Source of the DNA: an uncultured Planctomycetaceae bacterium
GTDB taxonomy: Bacteria; Planctomycetota; Planctomycetia; Planctomycetales; Planctomycetaceae
Direction: 5' to 3'
Assembly: GCA_963815195.1 (NCBI GenBank)
Contig: CAWFGE010000020.1
Coordinates: forward strand, 128,001-192,000
Length of the DNA: 64,000 nucleotides
In this document: positions 8,713 through 20,330 of the stretch, piece after piece
Layout of the letters: every line of letters begins with the position of its first letter
Numbering within the stretch: position 1 is the stretch's first letter
Notes under the pieces: model-generated
What the model was told of the DNA's origin: nothing
The model's database searches: none
Seen by the model: only the letters and a program-made list of their open reading frames with translations
Program-made: the position numbers and the translations under genes

Positions 8713-11700
8713 CTAGTCGTTGGGGATTTTGTGGAGCGTATAATGGGCGGCGTCGGGAAAGAGGGGGGCTTCTTTCGATGAGGCCAGGCGGCTCAAGCTG
8801 ATTTCATAGACATAGCCTTCGCGGCGGCCGGCGAGTTTTAGCGACACCGTGCGGCCGTCTTTGTGCAAACTCGCAGATTGGACTTGGAGTTTGTGCCGAC
8901 TGGAATCCGGCGTGGCATAGCCGCCTTTCCAGATGCGGGTATAGCCTGAGATGTCATAATTCTCCGGATTGCCGGCGGCAGGGGAGCCTATGGGTTTTAA
9001 GAACTCCACGTCAAAACCTGCGGGCGTCGCGCGGACTTCGCGGATGCCGTTACTTGGAAATGTTTTCGTCGGCGTAAGTCGAACGATGTCGCCGGTGTTT
9101 TGTCCGCCGAGCCAGCCGCTGTCGTGAATGCTGCCGATGTAGATGTCGCCGTCGGGAGCGACGCCGCCGTACAGCGGGCCTTGGAAATTGGAGCCGCCGA
9201 CGCCGGCGTTCGGTTGGCTGAACAGGTAGGCCGCCCCCTGATATTCGCCCGCGACTTTTTGAAGCGAGAAGCGAATGAGGAAGCGGGTGTCATATTCGCA
9301 GCCGATGCCTTGGCCGCGAAACTCCGGATGCCCCGGCCCGGAGCGCGGCAGAAAGAACACGCCGTTGACGCTCCGCGTCCAAGGGTGCGGCACCTGAATG
9401 GCGGGTAAGCTGGGTGGGACATCGCGGTTGGTTTCGTGCCGGCTGGGGACGCCGTAATGCCGGCCTTGGACGAGATGGTTGATCTCGTTAAACGTGTTCT
9501 GCACGCCCTGGTTGTCGGTGACGAAAATCTCATCATCCTCGTTGATGGCGATCCCCGTGGGATACCGAAACGCATGCCCCGCCGGTTCGACGGACCACGG
9601 CTCGAAGTCTTTCCCCAATTCGTGCGGCGGTTTGGGCGGCGTGATTTTGAGCACCGTGCCCCGCCACTTCGAGGTTTCGATGTTGCGCTTGGGTTGCGCA
9701 TAATCGCTGCCCAGGCCCACATAGAAATTCCCGTGGGAATCTTGAATCAGGCTGGTGGTCCAATCGTGATAGTTGTCGGAATAACCCCAGCCCGTCGCGA
9801 CGACTTGCCGAACATCCGCCCGGCCGTCGCCGTTGGTATCTTCCAGATAGATTACTTCGGGCTTATGCGCCACGAGCAAGCCCCGGGCATAGGGCAAGAC
9901 GCCATAGGGAGCCGCGAGGCCTTCTTCAAACGCGGCAAGCGAATCTTCCAAGCCGTCGCCGTCGGTGTCTTTCGCTAAGTACACATGACCTTTCAGGGAT
10001 GTGAAAACCAGCGTACCGCGCGGAATCCCCGGTAATTCGCGATCCGTCCAAGTGAGCGCCGTGGGCATGATGGAACCGGGCAGCGGCAACCGCTTGCCCG
10101 TGTAGCCGGGCACCGAGGTGACGGCTTCGATCTCGGCGGAGAGTTCGGGCTTCGGCGGCAGGTCCAAGGCCGGCCGCTTCAAGTTCGCCGAATACAAAAG
10201 AGAAACGGTTCCCTTGTCGGCCAGAACCGAACCGGCGTCTCTTTCGGATTGTTCATCAGCAACTGTCACGGAAGGATCACCGACGAGGCCGGTCCGCCGG
10301 TTTGCTGACACGGCCATCTCATAACCCGCGGGCAATCCATCGAATTGAATCTGCAGTCGCCAGCCGTTCGGATGCGGCTCGATTCTCTGGGAAACACGGA
10401 CGGCGTGCCTTTGTCGTTCCACTTGGAAATTCAATTCGAATTCCAAAGAGACATCGCCCTCGGAGGAGGCCCTATACGAAAGCAGCCGTCCGCTAGCGTT
10501 ATTCGCTTTGATAGGCCGGATCAATGCGCTGTCCGGGTCATTTTTGCGGTGGAGTGCGAAGTCGGATTGTTCCGTGAAACCTTTCATCACCGGGACGCCG
10601 GCGAGGTCCCAGTACCAGCTTTTGCCTTCGGTGCGTTGGCGGGCGAAATCGCCGAAAGTCCAGTTTCTGAGCGTGAAATTGTCCAGATCGAACAGGATGT
10701 TATGGCCGTTGTTTAAGCCAATCGCCATCGCCCGGGCGATGTAACCGCCGCCGTTGTCTTTGGGGTTGGTGAAGACGTCCCGCACGATGCGAGCCCGCTC
10801 GCCGGGTTTGACGATCAGGAGTTGCTCGACGGCCGATGGAGCCGTGGGCGCGGTGAAGCGGGGATCGTTGAGCGCTTCCCACGTGGCGGCGAGCTGCGTG
10901 GCGATGTTCTCGTTCAAAATGCCGGGGACGGCTTTGCGGATCGAGGGCATTTCCATGCCCGGCACGATTCGCTGAGGCGACGCCGTCCAGCGGAGGTAGA
11001 ACGATCTTCGCATCCGCTTGCCGAGCATCAACAAATCCGAACCGCGCGTGCCCAAGGCGACGTTTCGCGGCTCGAACGATCCGACCCGATGGCAGGCCAC
11101 GCAGCTAAAGCCTTTCGCTCCCACCAAGGTGTGCCCGGTGACGAGGGCGTCGGCTTTCGCTTCGGCGAGCTTAGGCTCAGCGGTGACAGGGGCTCCGTCG
11201 GGAATACGGTCGCGGCCAATCGAGATATTCGGACGAGCGCGGCTTTGTCGTCTTTGGCATGTGAAAACCTCGGCATGCGAACTTTGAGCCAGGGCAAGCG
11301 CGGCTGGGGTTGCTCGCCGCTGACGGCTTCCGCGAGCGCGGCGTCCAACAGTTTGTCGCCCACCGCATTGAGAGCCGGCGGAATGAGTGCTTCACTTTGC
11401 CCCACGAGCGCCTCGTCCACGCGGGCCGATTGGCCGGCGGTTTCGACAATGCCCTTGCCGTGATTTCGCTCGTGGCACATCAAACAGTTCTTCTGCTCCA
11501 AAACGATTCGCCCGCGGTCAAATTCGCCCGCCGGTGAAAGGGATCCTTGCCGCGATTTCACATAGCGGATGATCGCCTGCCGCTCTTCCGGTTTGAGTTG
11601 GCGATAGGCCGGGCGGTCTCGGTTGCGGTCGGGCGTTTCCGCAAGGCAGGAGCTTTTCCCATCCGCGATGGGCGTCGATAAATTGGGCAGCTTCGCGGCG

Positions 11701-12878
11701 GCGTTTTCCACTTGAGGAATCCGATGACACGCAGCACACCGGGCGGCTTCGACGAGCTTCTTGCCGGCGTCCGCCAGCTTGCGGGACGGTTTGGATGTGG
11801 GATTTCCTTGGTCTTTCTTCTCAACTTGGCTCGAGAGGAAAATCGCCAACTGCCGGCGTTCGGCGTCCGCAAGTTTCACCACCGGCATGCGGTGATCGGG
11901 GTTCAGTTTCTCCGGCGATTTGAGCCAGGCAAACAGCCAGGCTTCGCTCCGCTTCCGGCCGGCATTGCTCAAGTCCCCGCCGCCGAACGGACCGGTTTGG
12001 CCTTCGTCTTTTAATGTATGACAGGCCAGGCAACCGACGGAGCGAAACGCAATCTGCCCCTGACGGGCATCGGCGGCGCGGTCTTTGGTTTTCACAGAAG
12101 ACAGCTTCGCCGACTCGCCCGCTTCCTCGAGAAACGCGGCGATTTGCTCGGCCTGTTCCCGCGAGAAACCAAAGTCGGGCATCTTGCCGCCGGGCGGCGC
12201 GTGCGGCTCTTGGATTTTTTGAACGAGCCAGTCGCGGCCGGTGCCGGTTTTTAAGTGCGTCAAGGCGGGAGCGCTGGGGGCCAATTCGTCCGATTCCCTT
12301 TGATGACAGCGATTGCATCGGAAGGCGGCGAACAGCGTGCGGCCGATGTCCCGTTCTTTCAACTCCGGATGGCCGCCGTCGTGGAACAATAACAGCGGCG
12401 GCAACGGTTCGAGCGGGAAACTGTCTGACGACCAGAACAACCGCACGTGGGCGTCTTTGGACGTTTTGCGAAACTTAACGGCAAGGGGCTTGTCGCCGAA
12501 CCGCAGTTCGAAGGGTTTTCCGGAAATCCAGCCCGGCGAGTTTTGCCGGCCCGATAGCAGCGTCTGGCCGTCGAGAGCGACTTCCACCTCGCCCTGCACG
12601 AACGCGTGCAGTTGATGGATCCCGGCCTTTCGCACCAACAGCCGGCCTTTCCAGTGGGCGGAAAAGGGACCGGCCGGCAGCCGAGCGTCCGGGGCCGATG
12701 TTCCCCACTCGAACGCGACCGCGGGATCGATTCGCGCGACGGTTTTGCCGTTGGCGGAATATTCGGCGAGCAGTCCCGGCGGAAAATCCTCGTCTTCCCC
12801 CGGTTGTGCCCCTGCGAATTGCGCTCCCCAAAGCAAGAACGCACAACCAATCAAAGTGCATCGCAGCATCAATCTCAT
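8713..12878 (-). CDS. Large secreted PA14 + pentahaem c-type cytochrome + C-terminal beta-propeller (sugar dehydrogenase-like); frameshift(s) near 11215-11235
   Basis: Signal peptide; PA14 (FSAHWKGRLLV); CNRCH, CLACH, CAACH, CLMCH, CVACH; propeller with DTDGDGLED, DTNGDGRAD, TDNQG. ORFs 11028..12878 and 8713..11127. Confidence 0.85.
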
Positions 12879-13043
12879 CCTCTGTCAAACAGCGAGAAAC
12901 AGCAGCGAACCATTATAGAGTTCATCCCCTGCAAACATCAAAACCAGGGCCGGTGCAAACCGCAATTCCCTCACCGGTTGTTTTTGAGCTACAATTGGAA
13001 TGTGGTTGGTTGTTCCCCGTGCATGCTTCGAGGAGGCGATGGA

Positions 13044-13610
13044 ATGAAACGCCGATTTGTGTTAATGAGCCTGGTCGTTGTGTCCGCTTTGACCGCCCGC
13101 GGCATGGCACAGGAGCCTGCCTCCAACAACCAACGCTCGAAAAAGCGGCTCGAGATGCAATTGGAGTATGAAACGGCGCGGGTGAAACTCTTCGAGGAGC
13201 AGGTGAAGTTGCTTAAGGATCTCCAAGAGACGGAGACGGAAGAAGCCCTGGCGAACAATGCGGGCCGTAACCTGGAGAAGAACGTTCTGGCGGCCCGGGT
13301 CAAGGGAAGCGCGGCCGCCGTGGAATATCCCAAGGCCAATCTGGACCGCGTCAAAAGGCTTTATGAACGGAGCGCCATCTCGCAAGCGGAGTATGACGAG
13401 GCCCGGCAAAACGTCACGCGCTCCGAAGCCGCCCAGTTGGAAGCCCTCGCCGCCGTCGAGCAAAAGCAGCAGGAGATCACCGCGGCGGAGTTGACATTGA
13501 AGCGGCGGCAAATTCAAAGCCTGCTCCAAATCAGCGAGGCCAAACTCAAGCTGCTCGAGGCGGAATTGCGGGTGCGCGAACTCAAGCTTCAACTCGGCGA
13601 TTCGGAGTGA
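13044..13610 (+). CDS. Secreted coiled-coil hypothetical protein (resembles a HlyD-type helical hairpin)
   Basis: AGGAGG RBS; MKRRFVLMSLVVVSALTARGMA signal peptide; NLDRVKRLYERSAISQAEYDEA. Confidence 0.7.
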   Translation: MKRRFVLMSLVVVSALTARGMAQEPASNNQRSKKRLEMQLEYETARVKLFEEQVKLLKDLQETETEEALANNAGRNLEKNVLAARVKGSAAAVEYPKANLDRVKRLYERSAISQAEYDEARQNVTRSEAAQLEALAAVEQKQQEITAAELTLKRRQIQSLLQISEAKLKLLEAELRVRELKLQLGDSE

Positions 13611-13656
13611 CGCTTTCTCCGATTCCGACAATGGTCCCCAAGAAGAGTCATCGATC

Positions 13657-14511
13657 GTGAAACCCGTCTTGCGAATTCTCGTCGGCGTTCTGGCGATGCT
13701 TATCGGAATGCTGGGCATCGCCCTCAGCGTGTTCATCATCATCCAGACCCGCCAAACGTCCCAGCGGATGCAGCGGGAAATTCCGCAGAGTCTGGAGCAC
13801 GTCGAGCAAATCGCTCAATCCGTGCGCCAGCAGGGGGAGACGACGCAAAAAGTTCTGGAGACCACGCGGGACCGAGTGAACTTTCTCGGCGAGACGATTG
13901 AGAGTCTTTCGACCAGGCTCAGTCAGCGCGATGCGAAGGCGTCCTTATTGACGTCGATTGACGACGACATCGACAAACAACTCGACAACGCCAAGCAGTT
14001 CGTGTTTTCCATGCAGAACAGCATGCGAAACATGGGCAGCACGTTGATGCTCTTCGATTCCATGTCCATCTTCGGCCCGCAGCGTTTCGCCGGCGCCGCG
14101 GAGAACGCCACGCTCAATGCCGAGAATCCGCTCAGAGCCGTCGCCACGGGGTTGACGCAGACGGCGGATTTGCTCGACCAGGTGACCGACGCGATTTCCA
14201 AACTCCAAAACGGGGAAACGATCACGCCGCCTCAACTCGTGGTCATCCAGCAAACGCTTCGGCAGGTGGACGGGGAACTCGTCAAAATCAAATCCGAGGT
14301 GAAGCATTTTTCCGAAGAAGTCGGCCAGACGGAGGATAAAATCACCAAGGTCAAGGAAGACTCCCCCCGCTGGATTCGCTCGTCGGCCAACGTGATTATG
14401 CTGTTCATGTTTTGCTTCGGCTGTTCGCAGCTCATGCTCTCCGGCTACGGAATCGGATTGATCTGGCGGACGCGGATCATTGGGGATTCTCAAATGGCCA
14501 AAGTAGAATGA
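13657..14511 (+). CDS. Hypothetical membrane protein: TM - long coiled coil - TM
   Basis: 284-aa ORF with hydrophobic ends and a heptad-rich middle. Confidence 0.75.
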   Translation: MKPVLRILVGVLAMLIGMLGIALSVFIIIQTRQTSQRMQREIPQSLEHVEQIAQSVRQQGETTQKVLETTRDRVNFLGETIESLSTRLSQRDAKASLLTSIDDDIDKQLDNAKQFVFSMQNSMRNMGSTLMLFDSMSIFGPQRFAGAAENATLNAENPLRAVATGLTQTADLLDQVTDAISKLQNGETITPPQLVVIQQTLRQVDGELVKIKSEVKHFSEEVGQTEDKITKVKEDSPRWIRSSANVIMLFMFCFGCSQLMLSGYGIGLIWRTRIIGDSQMAKVE

Positions 14512-14524
14512 GATCGTAAAACGG

Positions 14525-14603
14525 ATTGGCCGGCACGCGCTCGCGTCCGGTTCAGCAAAGGCCTGAAACATCACATAAACCGGGGCTACGCCCGGCGGCT
14601 CAT
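14525..14603. repeat. REP-like doublet, family C
   Basis: attggccggcacgcgctcgcgtccggtt ... aaccggggctacgcccggcggctcat, similar to copies at 17339, 23138, 24584 and 60829. Confidence 0.75.
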
Positions 14604-14625
14604 TCTTGTGGAAAGCGTCTCGCGC

Positions 14626-15423
14626 ATGGCGGACATTTTATTGACCAACGCCCTCGCCATCGGCTTGATGATGGCGTTTGTGTGGCTGCTCAGCTTGCCT
14701 CTGAAAGATGCGAGCATTGTGGATATGTTCTGGGGCCTGGGGTTTGTCCTCGTCGCCTGGACCACTTGGGGGCAGGCTCCGGGCGATCCCGCGCGGAAAC
14801 TGCTCATCGCGGTTCTGGTGACGATTTGGGGCGCAAGGCTCAGCGGGTACATTGCGTGGCGAAACATCGGGCACGGAGAGGATCCGCGCTATCAAGCCAT
14901 GCGCGAAAAAGCCGGGCCTCGTTTTCCGCTGTTGAGCCTGGTTCGCGTGTTTCTTTTGCAAGGCGTGGTGATGTGGATCGTCTCGCTGCCCATCCAAGCG
15001 GGGCAAGTCCCCGCCGATCGCCCGGCTCCGACCTGGCTCGATTGGCTCGGTCTCGCATGTTGGGGTGTCGGCGTGTTTTTTGAAGGCGTGGGAGATTTTC
15101 AGCTTGCCCGCTTCAAATCCAATCCGGAAAACAGAGGCCGGGTCCTCAATCACGGGCTCTGGCGGTACACCCGGCATCCGAATTACTTTGGGGATTTCCT
15201 GATGTGGTGGGGCTTGTATCTCATCGCGCTCGCGGCGGCTCCGGCGGCGAACTGGTGGACGGCGGTCGGTCCGTTTATCATGTCGTTTTTCCTGATGCGA
15301 GTTTCGGGGGTGACGCTTCTGGAGAAATCGCTGAAAGAATCCAAAGGCCCCGCTTACGAAGATTACATCCGCCGCACAAATGCGTTTTTCCCCGGCCCGC
15401 CCAAACCGGAGTCGGCCGGATAA
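14626..15423 (+). CDS. DUF1295 family membrane protein (steroid 5-alpha-reductase-like)
   Basis: DASIVDMFWGLGF, GEDPRY, GLWRYTRHPNYFGD, RVSGVTLLE. Confidence 0.92.
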   Translation: MADILLTNALAIGLMMAFVWLLSLPLKDASIVDMFWGLGFVLVAWTTWGQAPGDPARKLLIAVLVTIWGARLSGYIAWRNIGHGEDPRYQAMREKAGPRFPLLSLVRVFLLQGVVMWIVSLPIQAGQVPADRPAPTWLDWLGLACWGVGVFFEGVGDFQLARFKSNPENRGRVLNHGLWRYTRHPNYFGDFLMWWGLYLIALAAAPAANWWTAVGPFIMSFFLMRVSGVTLLEKSLKESKGPAYEDYIRRTNAFFPGPPKPESAG

Positions 15424-15465
15424 CATCAATTGCCCAACCCCTTAAACCCTGTTTGAGTTTCCACG

Positions 15466-16125
15466 TTGATCGATCTTGTCTTTCTCGCCATTCTCGTGTG
15501 GGTCGCGATTCGGGTCGCGGCGGAAGAGGCTTGGGGCGCTGCGGTGGTGTGCTTGTCGGTGCTGTTCGCCGGGCTGTTCGCGATGAATCTGTTCGAACCG
15601 CTGGCCGAGCTGTTGGAACAGAAAATCTCCTCGGATGAGACGTGGCGGTTTCGCTGGGATGTGATCGCGCTCGTGGGCTTGTTCGCGGGCGGTGTGTTTG
15701 TGCTGCGAATTGTGACGGAACGCCTGGCCCCCGCCAATATCCCGATTCCCCGGCCCGCGGAAATCGGGATCCGCTGGCTGGCGGGCGGCGTGGCGGGGTA
15801 TCTCACGGTGGCGATTCTCTTGACCGCCGTGCACGTCGCTCCGCTGCCCCGGCTGGTGACGGGACAGGAGGTGATCGAAGTCCCCGGCTTCGAGGCCGAG
15901 CGTCCGCAGTTTTTCGGCCTGGGACCGGCCCGGCAATGGCTGAGCTTCAATCAATGGGTCTCGCAAAACGCCCTCAACCGCGGAGATTCCCGCCGGCTGT
16001 TCGATGGGCCGATTTATTATTCGGGAGGCGACACCGGCCGCTGGCCTTCGTTTCCCATCCGCTATGCCGCCCGCCGCGAAGCCGTCACCCGCGCCCGCCT
16101 GGGATGGGCCGGTGGAACCGAGTAG
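15466..16125 (+). CDS. CvpA-like membrane protein
   Basis: Four N-terminal TM helices, with FAGLFAMNLFEPLA as seen in planctomycete CvpA-family proteins. Confidence 0.6.
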   Translation: MIDLVFLAILVWVAIRVAAEEAWGAAVVCLSVLFAGLFAMNLFEPLAELLEQKISSDETWRFRWDVIALVGLFAGGVFVLRIVTERLAPANIPIPRPAEIGIRWLAGGVAGYLTVAILLTAVHVAPLPRLVTGQEVIEVPGFEAERPQFFGLGPARQWLSFNQWVSQNALNRGDSRRLFDGPIYYSGGDTGRWPSFPIRYAARREAVTRARLGWAGGTE

Positions 16126-16302
16126 CCAAACCGAAGGTTTTTCCGAACCGGGGCCGGGAATCCCTTTCCTTCGCGGGCCGGTGTGCGTTAAATTAGATGT
16201 TCCAGCCGATTTTCCCGAGTTGGGGGTTTCCTTCCATTTCTGCCCCGCTCCTTCCATTTTTTCCCGTCTTCGTCCCTTAAAATCCCAGGAGTTTTCGCAT
16301 CC

Positions 16303-17232
16303 ATGAATGAGTTCCGCACGGCCGTGAGAGAAGTCATCAATGCGGGCATCGCGCCGGAATGGCTGGCGACGTTGGGCGTGATCGGCTTCTTGTTTCTCGC
16401 GCTTATCGCCCTTTGCTACACCACCCAGATGGGGATCATCGCCCGCGCCACCACCAAAGAGGCCATCCGCCAGCCGGTGTTTTTCCTGCTATTAGGGATC
16501 GGGCTGGTGTTGTTGATCGTCAATTTCTACCTGCCGTTCTTTTCGCTCGGCGAAGACATCAAAATGCTCAAGGACTGCGGGCTGGCGATCCTCCTGTTTT
16601 GCGGGCTGTTTCTCGCGATCTGGACGTCCAGCACGAGCATCGCCGAGGAAATCGAAGGCAAGACGGCGATGACGCTGTTGTCCAAGCCGATCAACCGTCG
16701 GCAGTTCATTCTGGGAAAATTCGTGGGGATCTTGAACGGCGTGTTGTTCCTCATGCTGCCCTTGATGCTGGCGTTTTTGATCCTGGTCTATTGCAAACCG
16801 GCCTACGATGCCCGGGAAGGCGCGTCGACGGTGACCGCGTTCGACCAGCTTCAGGAACTCATCAAAATCCTGCCGGGGCTGGTGCTGATTTTTCTGGAAG
16901 TGATGATTATGACCTCGGTCAGCGTGGCGATTTCCACGCGATTGCCGATGGTCGTCAACATCGTGACCTGCATGACGATTTTCGTCATCGGCCATTTGAC
17001 TCCGGTTTTGGTGAAGACGGTGTTTCAGAAGCTGGAATTCGTGAAATTCATGGCCCAGACCATCGCCACGCTGTTGCCGTCGCTGGAGATTTTCAAGACG
17101 GAAGTGGTCGTGGCGACCGGGAAGATCATTCCGCCGCAATACCTCGGACTGGCGGCCGTGTATGGAGCGGTCTATTGTGCCGCGGCCATTTTGCTCGCCT
17201 TCATCCTGTTTGAAGACCGCGATCTGGCTTAG
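16303..17232 (+). CDS. ABC-2 type transporter permease
   Basis: [32 protein letters not shown]-terminal FEDRDLA. Confidence 0.88.
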   Translation: MNEFRTAVREVINAGIAPEWLATLGVIGFLFLALIALCYTTQMGIIARATTKEAIRQPVFFLLLGIGLVLLIVNFYLPFFSLGEDIKMLKDCGLAILLFCGLFLAIWTSSTSIAEEIEGKTAMTLLSKPINRRQFILGKFVGILNGVLFLMLPLMLAFLILVYCKPAYDAREGASTVTAFDQLQELIKILPGLVLIFLEVMIMTSVSVAISTRLPMVVNIVTCMTIFVIGHLTPVLVKTVFQKLEFVKFMAQTIATLLPSLEIFKTEVVVATGKIIPPQYLGLAAVYGAVYCAAAILLAFILFEDRDLA

Positions 17233-17308
17233 CCCGAGTCGAAGATTGGAAAAGGGAACGAGCCGACATTCCCAAAGGATCGGCTCGATTCTTGCAACTG
17301 GCGACCGT

Positions 17309-17440
17309 TACGGACCGTTTGCGAAAAAACTGTCCGATCATCAGCCGGAACGCGCTAGCGTCCGGTTCTCCCCGTGAACCGGGGCGAGCGCCCTGCGGCT
17401 AATCTAATCAATGCGACAATTATTTATCGAGCGATCCTAA
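17309..17440. mobile_element. MITE-like element with ~25-bp imperfect TIRs and TA ends, enclosing a family C REP doublet
   Basis: Left end tacggaccgtttgcgaaaaaactgtc, right end gacaattatttatcgagcgatcctaa; colinear second copy at 60798-60942. Confidence 0.65.
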
Positions 17441-17523
17441 GTGGCATATTCCCGCCAAAGTCGTCAGGATGTGCTTCGGTGTTCGATTCTCAGGCGATGG
17501 CACACGAAACAGGGGAGCTGAAT

Positions 17524-18453
17524 ATGCGATTATGCCGGTATGAGCACGGTGGCAGGCCGCAGGTGGGGATGTATTCCGAGGAGTATGTGCTGCCCTTGGC
17601 GCGGTTGGCGGCGGCGGCGAACGTGGCGATCTCCGAATCGCCCGATGCCTCGCTGCTGCCGTTTTTGACCAACGGAGCCGAACGCGAATCGGTCCGGCAG
17701 ATTCAGCACTCGCTCGCGGAACTGGACCGGGACAAGCTGGCGATTCCCCTCGATGCGGTTTCGCTCTTGGTGCCTGTGCCGTCGCCGTCGAAATTGATGC
17801 TCCTCGCGGGGAATTATTCCAAGCACATCGAAGAAGGGGGCGGCAAAGCGGAAGAACGCGAGAAGACGTTTCCCTATGTGTTCATCAAGCCGCCGCTCAC
17901 CACGCTCACGCATCCGGGAAAGCCCGTGCGGATTCCCGAAGTCTCGCCGGACCACGTCGACTGGGAACTGGAACTGGGCGTGATCATCGGCAAACGCTGC
18001 AAAGGGGTTTCGGAGAAGGAGGCCTTGGACTATGTCGCTGGCTACACGATCGTCAACGACGTTTCGGACCGGAAATTTCGGCCCAATCCGAACCGGACGG
18101 CCCGCGAGAAGGACGGCTTCTTCGATTGGCTGCACGGCAAATGGCACGATACGTTCTGCCCGATGGGACCCTGCGTTTTGCCCGCCGACGAAGAGCGCGA
18201 TCCGCAGACGCTCAAGATGACGCTCCGCGTCAACGGCGAAGTCGAGCAGGACGCGGGCACCTGGGACATGGTGTTCCCCGTCGCGGCGGTGGTGGAATTC
18301 GTCTCCAGTTTCGTCACCTTGGAGCCGGGCGACATCATTTCCACGGGCACCCCTTCCGGCGTGGGAGCGGCCAAGGGCAAATTCCTGAAGCCGGGGGATC
18401 AGATCGAAGCCGAGATCGAAAACATCGGCATCCTCAAAAATCCGGTGGAGTGA
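17524..18453 (+). CDS. Fumarylacetoacetate hydrolase family protein
   Basis: AGNYSKH, DWELELGVIIGK, NDVSDR, GKWHDTFCPMGP, GDIISTGTPSGVG. Confidence 0.93.
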   Translation: MRLCRYEHGGRPQVGMYSEEYVLPLARLAAAANVAISESPDASLLPFLTNGAERESVRQIQHSLAELDRDKLAIPLDAVSLLVPVPSPSKLMLLAGNYSKHIEEGGGKAEEREKTFPYVFIKPPLTTLTHPGKPVRIPEVSPDHVDWELELGVIIGKRCKGVSEKEALDYVAGYTIVNDVSDRKFRPNPNRTAREKDGFFDWLHGKWHDTFCPMGPCVLPADEERDPQTLKMTLRVNGEVEQDAGTWDMVFPVAAVVEFVSSFVTLEPGDIISTGTPSGVGAAKGKFLKPGDQIEAEIENIGILKNPVE

Positions 18454-18460
18454 CACGGGG

Positions 18461-18584
18461 AAATCCGAATCTCGAAAAACCGAAACAAATCCCTTCGAAA
18501 AGGGATTCCGGACGTGCGGGTTTGGATATTGGGATTTCGGTCATTAGGATTTGTTTCGGATTTCGAGATTCGGATTTCGGATTT
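18461..18584. repeat. Heptamer-based inverted repeat element, family D (AAATCCG/AATCTCG units)
   Basis: aaatccgaatctcgaaaaaccgaaacaaatcc (18461-18492) is inverted against ggatttgtttcggatttcgagattcggattt (18547-18577). Confidence 0.85.
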
Positions 18585-18780
18585 TGGGAATCGGGCGGTT
18601 TCCCAAAAACCGGCATTCCAGGGCTTTCCCACTTGGGGGAAGCGGCGGGAGCCGATAATATAAAGGTTGCCAGTTTTTGGCGCCTGGTTTCGATTCGGCA
18701 AAGTCCGCGGTCTCCCAGCGGCCCTTTGCCGCGAAAATGGGCTGGGCCGTCCGATTGAGTTTCCGTTGTCGAGAGTCCCG

Positions 18781-20307
18781 ATGCATCTCCCCAGCCGCTC
18801 CTTTTTCTCGCCCATACCTGCCGTTTGGAGTCTGCTGGCCGCGTGCGTCCTGGCGCTTCTGCCCGTGTCCGCGCGGGCGGGCGACGGTTTCGCCGTCATC
18901 GCGGCTTTGGAAGACGGCTTCGCCAAAATCATCGAGGACGCCGAGCCCTCCGTGGTGAGCATCGCCCGCTTCAACAAATTCAAGACCCGGGAAATCGATC
19001 AATCCGGCGAAGGCAACCGTTTCGCCCCCGGCGTGACTCAAGCCGGCGTGGAAGAATACACCCCCAGCGAATTCGGAGCCGGGGTCGTCTTCGCCCATCC
19101 GGAGCACCCGAATCAAAACCTGATTTTGACGATGTATCACGTGGTCCAAGGCGGACACATCGCCGGCCGCGATTTGCCCGCGACGGATGAACTGATTATC
19201 CACACCCACAAACGCCAGCGGGCGAGCGTGGAGATCCTGGCGGCGGACCCGCGCTCCGATCTGGCGGTATTGCAGATCCGGGCCGGGGAAAAGCTCAAGC
19301 CTTCCGACCTCAAGCCGATCCGCCTGGCGAAGAACCACAAATACCGCAAGGGGCAGTTCGTGGTCACCTTGGGCAATCCGTATGCGATCGCCCGGGACGG
19401 GTCGGCATGTGCGGGCTGGGGCATGCTCAGCAACATCGCCCGCCGGCCCAAACCCGTCGGGCTGCCGCTTGGGGATCTCGAACGAAACAAGCGGGAAACC
19501 ATTCACCACCTGGGAACGCTCCTGCAAATCGACGGGCAGCTCAACCTGGGCGCGAGCGGCGGGGCGGTGCTCAATCGGCAGGGCGAACTGATCGGGATCG
19601 TCACCGCAATGGCGGCCCTCGAAGGCTACGAAAAATCCGTGGGCTACGCCGTGCCCCTCGACGATAAGGTGAAGCGGATCCTCACGGAACTGGCCAACGG
19701 CTACGAAGTGGAATACGGGCTGTTGGGCATTCAGCCGGTCACCGTGGAGTTTTCCGACGGAGAGCAGCCCACCGCCGTGAAGGTGGTCTCCACCGGGGTG
19801 CATTCGCCCGCCGCGCACGCCGGCGTGTTTCGCGACGATGTGATCTATGCGGTGGATGGCATCACCTGCTACACGCAGGAAGACCTGATGCGCGAAGTCG
19901 CGCTGATGGGACCGGGCCACATCGCGAAACTGCAAATCTACCGTCCCGAAACTCGCAAATGGTTGGTCCGCCAGGTTAAGCTCACCAAGTGGCCCGTTTA
20001 CAACGATGAGGAAATCATCGCCACCAAGCCCCGGCATCTGTGGAATCACATTGAAATCGACTACGCGACCGCCCGCTACGACTTTTTCGGACAGCAATAC
20101 CGCGATGCGGTGCTGGTGACGCACAGCCGCCAAGAAAGCCGGAAGAACGACTTGAAGCTCCGCGCGGGGGATTTCATCACCCACGTGGACGACAAAGCCG
20201 TGACCACGCCGCAAGAGTTCATGGAAGCGGTCCAAGGAAAGAGCAAGGACGAAACCGTGTATCTGCGGTTGTCGGACCGGGTGGTTCGCGTCCCGATCAC
20301 CGACTGA
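18781..20307 (+). CDS. Trypsin-like (HtrA/DegP family) serine protease with PDZ domains
   Basis: Triad contexts [15 protein letters not shown] and [12 protein letters not shown]; two PDZ-like regions; signal peptide. Confidence 0.9.
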   Translation: MHLPSRSFFSPIPAVWSLLAACVLALLPVSARAGDGFAVIAALEDGFAKIIEDAEPSVVSIARFNKFKTREIDQSGEGNRFAPGVTQAGVEEYTPSEFGAGVVFAHPEHPNQNLILTMYHVVQGGHIAGRDLPATDELIIHTHKRQRASVEILAADPRSDLAVLQIRAGEKLKPSDLKPIRLAKNHKYRKGQFVVTLGNPYAIARDGSACAGWGMLSNIARRPKPVGLPLGDLERNKRETIHHLGTLLQIDGQLNLGASGGAVLNRQGELIGIVTAMAALEGYEKSVGYAVPLDDKVKRILTELANGYEVEYGLLGIQPVTVEFSDGEQPTAVKVVSTGVHSPAAHAGVFRDDVIYAVDGITCYTQEDLMREVALMGPGHIAKLQIYRPETRKWLVRQVKLTKWPVYNDEEIIATKPRHLWNHIEIDYATARYDFFGQQYRDAVLVTHSRQESRKNDLKLRAGDFITHVDDKAVTTPQEFMEAVQGKSKDETVYLRLSDRVVRVPITD

Positions 20308-20330
20308 TTTCTCCGCGAAGGGCGAGTCGC

